The notes under the pieces: model-generated
What the model saw: the letters and a program-made list of their open reading frames with translations, nothing else
Database searches by the model: none
Told to the model about the DNA's origin: nothing
Program-made: the position numbers and the translations under genes
IMG/VR virus record: IMGVR_UViG_3300009031_000221
Span: 256,001 to 320,000 of that record
Length of the DNA stretch: 64,000 nt
From: a virus
Taxonomy: Duplodnaviria > Caudoviricetes
Strand: one strand, 5' to 3'
Part shown: in pieces, positions 1 to 6,980 of the stretch
How positions within the stretch are numbered: the stretch's first letter is position 1
Layout: the number at the start of each line of letters is the position of its first letter

Positions 1-70
1 GGACTAGGAGGGAATCGAACCCTCTGACAATCGGCTTGCAAAGCCAATCCGCTACCCCATAGCCAAGCCC
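1..70 (-). tRNA. tRNA-Ala(TGC), 3' end cut by window edge
   Basis: T-arm GAGGG-TTCGATT-CCCTC; anticodon arm TTGGC-TTTGCAA-GCCGA; G3:U70 Ala identity pair; D-arm and position 8 atypical. Confidence 0.65.
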
Positions 71-74
71 ATTG

Positions 75-151
75 TGGCGACCCCTGTCGGACTTGAACCG
101 ACGACCTCTTGCGTGACAGGCAAGCGTTCTAACCAACTGAACTAAGAGGCC
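75..151 (-). tRNA. tRNA-Asp(GTC)
   Basis: Canonical cloverleaf, loop CT-GTC-AC, encoded CCA. Confidence 0.95.
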
Positions 152-159
152 ACAATAAG

Positions 160-303
160 ATCCCTGACTGGATTCGCACCAGCGACCTCCCACGCCATAG
201 TGGGTGCTCCACGGTCTATTCCTTCCATGGGGGCACTTGGTTACCCTTCCGCGGTGGCAACCGAATACATTCCCATTTATTGAATGCCTTGAGCTACAAG
301 GAT
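160..303 (-). ncRNA. tRNA-like RNA with 81-nt structured D-loop and abnormal anticodon loop
   Basis: Acceptor ATCCTTG/CAGGGAT, TA linker, D-stem GCTC/GAGC enclosing 210-290, stem CCCAC-TATGGC-GTGGG, T-arm GCTGG-TGCGAAT-CCAGT. Confidence 0.7.
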
Positions 304-378
304 GGCGGGACTGAAGGGAATCGAACCCTCCTACAGGACATAGACAGTGTCCTTGCGCCTCCAGGCGCATCCAATCCC
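303..378 (-). tRNA. tRNA-Asp(GTC), atypical isodecoder
   Basis: Cloverleaf with CCA, loop CT-GTC-TA (U37), G8, extendable D-stem TGCGCC/GGCGCA, G73. Confidence 0.8.
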
Positions 379-528
379 ATTAACGGACAAAGCTCATCGG
401 CCAATGGCCTTGCTTCTACAGTAGCTTCACCGACTGGTTCCACTTTTCGTCTTGCAAATTTGCAACCTTGCAAGATACCCATCAAGGCACCGTCATGCCT
501 TCTGAGTGACGGCGTCGTGTCGTCACCT

Positions 529-603
529 TGGTGGGCTAGGTGGGAGTCGAACCCACAACCAACAGATTAAGAGTCTGCTGCGCTTCCATTGCGCCACTAG
601 CCC
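529..603 (-). tRNA. tRNA-Lys(CTT)
   Basis: Cloverleaf, loop CT-CTT-AA, CCA. Confidence 0.95.
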
Positions 604-608
604 GATTT

Positions 609-688
609 GAGTAGCCTAGGTCCTCAGTTATTCCCCGGCAAGGAGGACTCCACGCACGCCGGGTCAGATGTTTCCATGTCAACTACTC
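609..688 (-). ncRNA. Putative structured RNA with H-type pseudoknot inside a closing stem
   Basis: GAGTAG/CTACTC closing stem, ATG-GAAA-CAT hairpin, interleaved CCCGGC/GCCGGG and GTCCTC/GAGGAC stems. Confidence 0.45.
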
Positions 689-723
689 TGGGAAACCCAC
701 GCATCGTTCTCCCCTTGAGGAGA

Positions 724-800
724 TGGTCGGGGTAGCCGGATTCGAACCGACGACCACTAGTCCCCCAGACTAGTGCGCTACCAGGCTGCGCTATACCCCG
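724..800 (-). tRNA. tRNA-Pro(GGG)
   Basis: Cloverleaf, loop CT-GGG-GG, CCA. Confidence 0.95.
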
Positions 801-937
801 ATTTCCAGCTATCCCTCGTGTACTTTGAGATCAAGTTTATCATGGGAGGTCGGGCGTAAAGGCCTCTCCTCTTCGATTCACCCCCATGCACGGAAGCTTC
901 AACCCATGACACCGCTCTGGATTAGCGGCTAGATCCT

Positions 938-965
938 ATCTACGCACTTCTCGGGGAAAGTAAGT
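938..965 (-). promoter_or_regulatory. Phage promoter motif CTTAC-N15-CGTAG
   Basis: ACTTAC-TTTCCCCGAGAAGTG-CGTAGAT, inside the tRNA array. Confidence 0.75.
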
Positions 966-983
966 CCCCGGTTATCATTAAAG

Positions 984-1056
984 TCAGGGTAGAGAGACTC
1001 GAACTCTCAACCTCATGCTCCCAAAGCACGCGCTCTACCATTAGAGCTACACCCTG
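984..1056 (-). tRNA. tRNA-Pro(TGG)
   Basis: Cloverleaf, loop TT-TGG-GA, no encoded CCA. Confidence 0.93.
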
Positions 1057-1068
1057 ATTACTAGACAC

Positions 1069-1142
1069 GGCTGGGGATGAAGGGGTCGAACCTTCGTTGA
1101 CGGAGTCAGAGTCCGGTGTCCTGCCAATTAGACGAATCCCCA
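1069..1142 (-). tRNA. tRNA-Gln(CTG)
   Basis: Cloverleaf, U1:A72, loop CT-CTG-AC. Confidence 0.92.
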
Positions 1143-1152
1143 ATTAACTTAG

Positions 1153-1227
1153 CGCCCACGGCAGGATTCGAACCTGCAACCTCTTCGTTCGTAGCGAAAC
1201 GCTCTATCCAAATTGAGCTACGCGGGC
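1153..1227 (-). tRNA. tRNA-Arg(ACG)
   Basis: Cloverleaf, loop CT-ACG-AA. Confidence 0.95.
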
Positions 1228-1329
1228 ATATTTCCCGGCTTTCCATCGTGGCCCCGAAGGAAAGTGTGCTGTAAGTGGTCCCCGGCAATGACCGGTTCAA
1301 GACTTCAAGCATCGCCCCGGGTGGGCGAT

Positions 1330-1403
1330 TGGCTGGGGTACAAGGATTCGAACCTTGATAAGCAGCTTCAAAGGCTGCCGTCCTGCCGTTAGACGATACC
1401 CCA
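1330..1403 (-). tRNA. tRNA-Gln(TTG)
   Basis: Cloverleaf, loop CT-TTG-AA, CCA. Confidence 0.95.
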
Positions 1404-1410
1404 ATATCTA

Positions 1411-1484
1411 GGTACTCCCAGAAAGAATTGAACTTTCATCGCACGGATATCAGCCGTGTGCTCTAACCGTTGAGCTATGAGAGC
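1411..1484 (-). tRNA. tRNA-Ile(GAT)
   Basis: Cloverleaf, loop CT-GAT-AT. Confidence 0.92.
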
Positions 1485-1485
1485 A

Positions 1486-1560
1486 TGGAGCGGACGACCG
1501 GATTCGAACCGGCGACGATTTGCTTGGCAAGCAAGAATTCTACCACTGAATTACGTCCGC
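1486..1560 (-). tRNA. tRNA-Gly(GCC)
   Basis: Cloverleaf, loop TT-GCC-AA, CCA. Confidence 0.95.
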
Positions 1561-1571
1561 ATAGACTAACC

Positions 1572-1647
1572 GGTCGGAATGACAGGATTTGAACCTGCGA
1601 CCCCTTGCTCCCGAAGCAAGTGCGCTACCAGGCTGCGCTACATTCCG
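1572..1647 (-). tRNA. tRNA-Pro(CGG)
   Basis: Cloverleaf, loop TT-CGG-GA. Confidence 0.95.
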
Positions 1648-1650
1648 ATT

Positions 1651-1699
1651 ACAGGTTCCGTACCCTCACGAGTATGGGTCGGGCTACCTGTGGAGCCCG
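1651..1699 (-). ncRNA. Perfect 6+6 bp H-type pseudoknot with hairpin in loop 3
   Basis: CGGGCT/AGCCCG and ACAGGT/ACCTGT interleaved, ACCC/GGGT hairpin; ends 3 nt before tRNA-Pro(CGG). Confidence 0.5.
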
Positions 1700-1708
1700 T
1701 CACAACAA

Positions 1709-1784
1709 GGCTTACCCTGTGGGAATTGAACCCACGACATCCTGCTTAACAGGCAGGCACTCTGACCATCTGAGTTAAGGGCAA
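1709..1784 (-). tRNA. tRNA-Asn(GTT) copy A
   Basis: Cloverleaf, loop CT-GTT-AA, G73. Confidence 0.92.
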
Positions 1785-1841
1785 GATCGCTAGGTATTTA
1801 TCAGGGTGTCTCAAACTGCCGAGATTCGATGGCAGGAGATA

Positions 1842-2498
1842 TTATCCGCGACGGTCACGATTGATGTCCGACCAGTTACTGGGGCCTGCCATTTCTTCTT
1901 CGTCTTTCTTCTTGATATTCCATTTCGCAGGTTCTTCTTTACGAGAAGGCGCTTTGACAGGTTCGTCCTTCTTAGCCCTATCCGCCCGTTCCTTCTTCAT
2001 CTTTTCTTCGTGTGCCTTGTCGCTCTGTTGCGCCTTGTCCTTCTCCGACCATTCCTTCACATCCGCATCTTCCTTCTCGCGTTGATTCTTGCGCTCGATC
2101 TTATCAACATGGTCCTTGGCGAGGTCTTGCGGGCTCTTCTTAGCAGGAGAACCTTTACCCTTTGCTTTGTCAATCAGACTCTGCGGGGGCTTCTTGGCAC
2201 CCGGATGATCCTTCCGATACTTCTCCCAAAGACCCTTCAAACCATCTAGCAGCCCGGCATCATGCCCGGCAGCGGCAAGCCGAAGTGCCGGGATGATCTC
2301 ACTACGTGACGCAGGGTTTTCGCTAGCTACCCTAAGCAGGGATTCACGGAGGAATGCAACCTTGTTGCCGTCATCATCCTTGTCATCTTCACCCTTGTCA
2401 TCTTCACCTGCCGCCTGACGGAGGATGGGGATTAGATGCTGGCGGATGCCGTCGGGATTGTTATGTGCTAGGCGTAACAACTTGTTATAAAGTGACAT
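1842..2498 (-). CDS. Hypothetical protein with duplicated helical motif and Lys/Glu/Asp-rich tail
   Basis: LLRLAHNNPDGIRQHLIPILRQAA and LLRVASENPASRSEIIPALRLAAA; GGAGA upstream of ATG 2498. Confidence 0.75.
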   Translation of the reverse strand: MSLYNKLLRLAHNNPDGIRQHLIPILRQAAGEDDKGEDDKDDDGNKVAFLRESLLRVASENPASRSEIIPALRLAAAGHDAGLLDGLKGLWEKYRKDHPGAKKPPQSLIDKAKGKGSPAKKSPQDLAKDHVDKIERKNQREKEDADVKEWSEKDKAQQSDKAHEEKMKKERADRAKKDEPVKAPSRKEEPAKWNIKKKDEEEMAGPSNWSDINRDRRG

Positions 2499-2600
2499 TT
2501 CCAAATCTCCGAATTAGGGGCATCCCCATAGCAATCATTGCTGACGGGCATGTTACCTACTGGATGTTTGGCTATAGAACCAATATTGATTCTAGGGAAA

Positions 2601-2676
2601 GGCTTACCGGGTGGGACTCGAACCCACGCACAACAAGGTAACAGCTTGTCGCTCTAAGCCGCTGAGCTACCGGTAA
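2601..2676 (-). tRNA. tRNA-Asn(GTT) copy B
   Basis: Cloverleaf, loop CT-GTT-AC, G73. Confidence 0.92.
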
Positions 2677-2692
2677 AACGTAGGCTTAATGC

Positions 2693-3178
2693 CTACAAGG
2701 TGGTGTGCATGCCCGCATGTACCTCACGGTGACATCGACAGCATAGCAAGTCACATTTGTCTAGTTCCGGTTGGACGGTATCCCATTTGCGATAATGCCC
2801 GTCCCGGAGGGAGAATTCCTTGCCCGCCGGATCCCTATGATGGAAATCCAGGGCGTCCGCACACTTAGCATAACCACATATTGAACATTTCCCGCCTTTG
2901 TATGCTAGAGCCTTAGCCTTGATTCGTTTCCGTACTTCCATGACGGAACATGAATTGCACTTGGATCGGTGGTGTCCCGCTGTGCGATTATAGATGTAAT
3001 CTCGATCACATGTAAGGCAATGTCCAACCGTATCGTCATCCATAGGAATCCGTCTCGTATTGTGCATCCCGAAAGGTGAACACGTGAGGCAATACTTTCG
3101 ACTGCCCAGATTCTTGTGTTCGCCGTTAATGATGACTCGAGTTGAGAACTTCGAGTCGCATTTCTTACATACAGGCAT
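2693..3178 (-). CDS. HNH endonuclease (Cys-rich, free-standing)
   Basis: CSICGY..C...LDFHH.DP..KEF...ELDKCDLLCCRCHREVH. Confidence 0.85.
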   Translation of the reverse strand: MPVCKKCDSKFSTRVIINGEHKNLGSRKYCLTCSPFGMHNTRRIPMDDDTVGHCLTCDRDYIYNRTAGHHRSKCNSCSVMEVRKRIKAKALAYKGGKCSICGYAKCADALDFHHRDPAGKEFSLRDGHYRKWDTVQPELDKCDLLCCRCHREVHAGMHTTL

Positions 3179-3237
3179 GATTGTAACCTAGTGCTATAGG
3201 TTAGCACACTCTAGCACTAGGCATAAACAATCTATTG

Positions 3238-3311
3238 GGCTCCCCGAGTAGGATTCGAACCTACGACTATCGCATTAACAGTGCGAAACTCTACCGCTGA
3301 GTTATCGGGGA
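3238..3311 (-). tRNA. tRNA-Asn(GTT) copy C
   Basis: Cloverleaf, loop CT-GTT-AA, G73. Confidence 0.95.
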
Positions 3312-3317
3312 ATCTTA

Positions 3318-3394
3318 TGGGGTGAACGATGGGATTTGAACCCACGTAGACTTGCTTCACAGGCAAGCGCCTAAACCACTCGGCCACGTTCACC
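3318..3394 (-). tRNA. tRNA-His(GTG)
   Basis: Encoded G-1 opposite C73, loop CT-GTG-AA, CCA. Confidence 0.95.
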
Positions 3395-3858
3395 ACCGGA
3401 GGCGATGACCGTTCCTGGCTTAATACCAGGATACAGGTCATCGCCTTCGCAATGCTCATTCAGTTGTCAAAGACCCTGTCCCGTTTCCGGTGGCAGAGCG
3501 TATTCAACCCCCGTAGAGATTGAATGACGGGGCGTTGCACAAAGCATTGCCCCAAAATGCAGAAGGCCGGGTCACCCTTCGGTGCCCGGCCTTCATCGCG
3601 TCCAGTTGTTCGGACGGTCAGAAGTCGGGCACCCCCTGCGGATCGCGGCCATTACCTTCGCGGGCGGCGGCGACTGCATGTGGGGGATTGCTAATCCCTT
3701 CGGGCATGCAGGGGCAAGCAAGTACGACAATCGCTTTCGCGACGGTCGTTTGCTGCTTTTGCCTATGTCCGAAGAATACAAACACGTCCTACTCCTAAAT
3801 GTCCCACCGGCATTCCGGTGTTCAACATGACCCATGAAGCCAGTTCCCCGTGGGGATG
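3395..3858 (-). ncRNA. Large unidentified structured RNA or leader at the head of the tRNA array
   Basis: Dense hairpins, e.g. 14-bp stem 3562-3594; GAAA and GAAG tetraloops on minus strand; no credible ORF. Confidence 0.5.
3469..3483 (-). promoter_or_regulatory. rrn-type boxA-like antitermination element
   Basis: TCTTTGACAACTGAA on the transcribed strand, 75 nt before the first tRNA. Confidence 0.55.
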
Positions 3859-4401
3859 TCAAGCGCTAATCGACGCTTCCGGCAAATAAAATCCCTTCGA
3901 TCGAATTTCGGTCAGAACTGAGTTGGGGACCATCCCCTCTACCTCATGAATCCTGCCACTTCGGATGGAGTCCCGTACCAAGGTGCTTCGCTCTGGCCCC
4001 TGATCGGGAACCACTAGCAACTCTACCATCTTGGTAATGTCATCCCATCGGCGCCATTTGCTGTGGCACTCCAGGTTGTCAGGCCCAATGATCATTACGA
4101 ACTGGGCGTGGGTGTAATTACGGACAAGGAATTCTACGAAGTCCACCGTATAGGTGATATCGAGCGCCTTCTCCATACTGTTCACCCTGACGGGCGAATG
4201 CATTCCGAATACCTGTTCGATTGCGAGTGTTGTCATTCGCAATCGATCTTCAAACGGAAGCATGTCCTTACCGAATGAGTGCTTCCACGCAGGATGCACC
4301 CACAGAGAATCGAGGTTCCCTACAGCCATGGCATGAGTCATGACCTTCAGGTGCCCAATGTGTGGGGGGTTGAACGCCCCTCCATACAATCCGATCCTCA
4401 T
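3859..4401 (-). CDS. nadD: Nicotinate-mononucleotide adenylyltransferase
   Basis: GLYGGAFNPPHIGH (HxGH), R..M, IIGPDNL..W..W, STLVR. Confidence 0.88.
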   Translation of the reverse strand: MRIGLYGGAFNPPHIGHLKVMTHAMAVGNLDSLWVHPAWKHSFGKDMLPFEDRLRMTTLAIEQVFGMHSPVRVNSMEKALDITYTVDFVEFLVRNYTHAQFVMIIGPDNLECHSKWRRWDDITKMVELLVVPDQGPERSTLVRDSIRSGRIHEVEGMVPNSVLTEIRSKGFYLPEASISA

Positions 4402-4442
4402 TACATCGTCCTTGTGACCCCTCGCTCGGGGGCCACATTGGT

Positions 4443-4470
4443 ATCTACGCACTTCAGTCAGGAAGTAAGT
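4443..4470 (-). promoter_or_regulatory. Phage promoter motif upstream of nadD
   Basis: ACTTAC-TTCCTGACTGAAGTG-CGTAGAT. Confidence 0.8.
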
Positions 4471-5160
4471 CTACACCTCGAAATAAACCCCGACCTCAGT
4501 CAGACGGGCATATGCGTCACGGTCAAAGCTGTACATCTTCGCACCCTTACGTCCCGTAGCACTTGTCTCCCGAAGCACCCCGTAGTTCAGGATCTTGCGG
4601 CGAAAGTTCCGCCGATCGATGGGGCGTGCCAAGACAATCTCATAGAGGCGCTGCAATTCCAGCAACGTGAACTCCTTGGGCAGGAACTCGATGCCGATCG
4701 GATGCCACCGAATCTTGGCGCGGAGCCGCTTGATCCCCGTGGCGATGATCGCGGAATGGTCAAAAGCAAGGGGGGGAAGTTTATCTACCGACCACCACAC
4801 GGCTTCTTTCGCGTCGTCCGCACCTTTCACCGCAGCAGTCTTGATCAATGCCATGTATGCCATCGAGATGACACGACCGCGAGGGTCACGGTCGGGGTCA
4901 TCGAACAGTGCCAGTTGTTCCATATAGGAGGCAACGAGCCCTGTTTCCTCCCCAAGTTCCCGATGAACTGCGGCAAGGGAAGTCTCTTTCTTTCCGATAT
5001 CAACGAAGCCGCCGGGCAAAGCCCAGTGCCCGTAGAAGGGTTCCCCTTCCCGGCCACGGAGGATCAAGAGGATCTTCAGGGCGTGTTCGGCAAAGTCTAC
5101 GCCGAAGACAACGGCATCTACCGTGTGAGATGCTTGTTCATGTTTGTAAGTGAATGGCAT
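4471..5160 (-). CDS. nrtR: NrtR-family Nudix + winged-HTH regulator (ADP-ribose sensor, possibly active pyrophosphatase)
   Basis: TVDAVVF, WALPGGF, RELGEETGL, RDPRGRVIS, LAFDH, FTLLELQRLYE, DRRNFRRK. Confidence 0.92.
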   Translation of the reverse strand: MPFTYKHEQASHTVDAVVFGVDFAEHALKILLILRGREGEPFYGHWALPGGFVDIGKKETSLAAVHRELGEETGLVASYMEQLALFDDPDRDPRGRVISMAYMALIKTAAVKGADDAKEAVWWSVDKLPPLAFDHSAIIATGIKRLRAKIRWHPIGIEFLPKEFTLLELQRLYEIVLARPIDRRNFRRKILNYGVLRETSATGRKGAKMYSFDRDAYARLTEVGVYFEV

Positions 5161-5169
5161 TGGGTATCC

Positions 5170-5742
5170 TTACAGGAGGTTGAGGGCTTTGAAGATTTCC
5201 ATGTACACGTGATACTCATGATCCGTGAACATGACGAAGGTGATCTCATCCATGTCCCATTCATCCGCAAGGCAAGCGCTTGCCGCCGCGAATGCCCCCG
5301 TCGTGATCGGGCATCCGTAGATGCCGCAGGAAATCGCGGGGAATGCAATGGTGTAGATGTCGTGTTGCTTGGCGGTCTTGAGGCAGTTGAGGTAGGTATT
5401 GACCAGGGCGACTTCAGGCATGATGTCATCGGGGAGAATCTCACCCGGGCGGCTTTTGCCTTGGCGCTCGAAAACGGGGCCAACCGTATGCAGGATGCGA
5501 TGCACATTGAGGTCATGCCCGCCGGTAACCTTCACGTCGCTGATTTCGCAACGAACTCCATTGGTGACGGGGAACTTCTCGCACTCTTCGCGGAGACCTG
5601 GGCCTGCAGCACGATGAATGGCACCATCCACGCCACCCCCGCCTAGCAGGCTCGGATTGGCGGCGTTGACCACGGCATCGCCAGTGAACTTGGTAATGTC
5701 CCCTTGGATGATTCGAATGTTTAGGCCCGGGTTCCGTTTCAT
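5170..5742 (-). CDS. Macrodomain protein (YmdB-like ADP-ribose hydrolase)
   Basis: GDITKF.GDAVVNAANPSLLGGGGVDGAIHRAAG, HTVGP, AFPAISCGIYG. Confidence 0.95.
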   Translation of the reverse strand: MKRNPGLNIRIIQGDITKFTGDAVVNAANPSLLGGGGVDGAIHRAAGPGLREECEKFPVTNGVRCEISDVKVTGGHDLNVHRILHTVGPVFERQGKSRPGEILPDDIMPEVALVNTYLNCLKTAKQHDIYTIAFPAISCGIYGCPITTGAFAAASACLADEWDMDEITFVMFTDHEYHVYMEIFKALNLL

Positions 5743-5776
5743 GGTTGCTCCTGGGAGGCAGTGCCCCCAACGATAT

Positions 5777-5804
5777 GTCTACGCCGGTAGATCATAAAGT
5801 AAGC
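5777..5804 (-). promoter_or_regulatory. Phage promoter motif upstream of macro-nrtR
   Basis: GCTTAC-TTTATGATCTACCGG-CGTAGAC. Confidence 0.75.
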
Positions 5805-6393
5805 CTTCCCCGTAGGCTTTTGCCGGATGATGTTGAACGGCAATGCCAAGACTAGGCTGAATCGGGGTATCCTTGATTGGGCCTTCTTGCATGCCGTGCC
5901 GCCGATGCTGGAAGCAGTCGCTAGTAAGGCTGCCATGCGCCATGATGCCATAGGCACGGACACGCCCATGCCATCTACCGTTGACATTGACGCAGTGCCC
6001 TACGTCCCCTGACTCTCGTTTGAACCAACCACAGTCATTGCATGAACCATCGATTTCCTGCATCCATATGATGTGTTCCTTGTAGAGCGGGCGGCAACCC
6101 TTATGGATGAGGAACCACGTAGGCCACCAATATCCTGCAAGGATGTCCGCTTCGGACCTATCGGCAACGGGTTCACTGCACAGGTAGCATTGCGTGCCTG
6201 ACCAGACTGCCCAATTACGTTGACCTTGGATCCAAGCCAGGACATGGGGCTTCTTGCCGTCCTTCACCTCGAGTTCCCGGGCGACCTCAGAATCTTCAAC
6301 CCCACGACGTGCCATCTGGCGTTCGGTTTCAGGATCCGTGCCGTCAAAGACAAGGTTGAAGAATCTATCCCGGTCATTCTTGGTGTCTATCAT
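5779..6393 (-). CDS. Hypothetical protein with CxxC motifs
   Basis: 204-aa ORF in operon orientation. Confidence 0.65.
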   Translation of the reverse strand: MIDTKNDRDRFFNLVFDGTDPETERQMARRGVEDSEVARELEVKDGKKPHVLAWIQGQRNWAVWSGTQCYLCSEPVADRSEADILAGYWWPTWFLIHKGCRPLYKEHIIWMQEIDGSCNDCGWFKRESGDVGHCVNVNGRWHGRVRAYGIMAHGSLTSDCFQHRRHGMQEGPIKDTPIQPSLGIAVQHHPAKAYGEGLLYDLPA

Positions 6394-6401
6394 GGATTGG
6401 G

Positions 6402-6782
6402 TTACTCCTTGACAGGAACTGCCTTGATGGAACCATCCGTGTTTCGTGCAATAGCGACGTACACGACTTCCGCCGCAGTCACGGACACGGGAACGACCTC
6501 CCCATCCCGGCTGGATTCAACTTCCACCTTGACATGGATGGACGTAGTTCCAATCTTGATCAAGCTTGTCCAGAAGGTCACAACTTCCCCGACCTTGACG
6601 GGACTCTTGAACACGACCTCCTTGACTGCCATCGTGGCAACGTCATGCTTGGTGTGCAAGCGTGCCTCAACGGCTCCCGCCAAGTCAATCTCCGCCAGGA
6701 TTGCACCGCCGAAGATTTCCCCACGATGGTTCGTATCACGGGGAAGGAGGATACGCCTAATTGAAATGTTACGATTTTCCAT
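6402..6782 (-). CDS. Hotdog-fold acyl-CoA thioesterase (YciA-like)
   Basis: LPRDTNHRGEIFGGAILAEIDLAG, FKSPVKVGE, IGTTSI.V.VEV, YVAI. Confidence 0.9.
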   Translation of the reverse strand: MENRNISIRRILLPRDTNHRGEIFGGAILAEIDLAGAVEARLHTKHDVATMAVKEVVFKSPVKVGEVVTFWTSLIKIGTTSIHVKVEVESSRDGEVVPVSVTAAEVVYVAIARNTDGSIKAVPVKE

Positions 6783-6972
6783 TGTTTCCTACCTTGGTTA
6801 CAGGTTTGCGTTCCGTGAGAACTCGATCCAGACACTGGCTGAAACGTCCCCAGGCGGGCTTATCATACTCGGGTGACTCATGGCAATGCCCCCATAGTAG
6901 ATGAAGCAGATGTCGGACTTCCGCATCCAATTCCACATCTTTCAATTCATTGACACTCTTGGGATCCGCCAC
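6769..6972 (-). CDS. Hypothetical protein
   Basis: Short ORF coupled to neighbours. Confidence 0.55.
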   Translation of the reverse strand: MADPKSVNELKDVELDAEVRHLLHLLWGHCHESPEYDKPAWGRFSQCLDRVLTERKPVTKVGNNGKS

Positions 6973-6980
6973 AATTCCTC

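Noticed and set aside
31-47. Plus-strand Cys-like anticodon loop TTGCAAA in the first tRNA
   Set aside because: The T-arm orientation places the gene on the minus strand, where the loop reads TGC and G3:U70 supports Ala.
609-1699. HDV-like theta ribozymes in tRNA spacers
   Set aside because: Both pseudoknots lack the P3/L3/P1.1 core between P2 and P1', and neither starts at a tRNA 3' end.
3395-3858. RNase P RNA, tmRNA or group I intron
   Set aside because: No GAGGAAAGUCC or matching 3' conserved region, no tRNA-like 3' end with tag ORF, and no recognisable P7 core on either strand.
5761-5771. GT-N7-AC core upstream of the macrodomain gene as an NrtR site
   Set aside because: Only the 2-bp core matches, with no extended palindrome, which is expected by chance.
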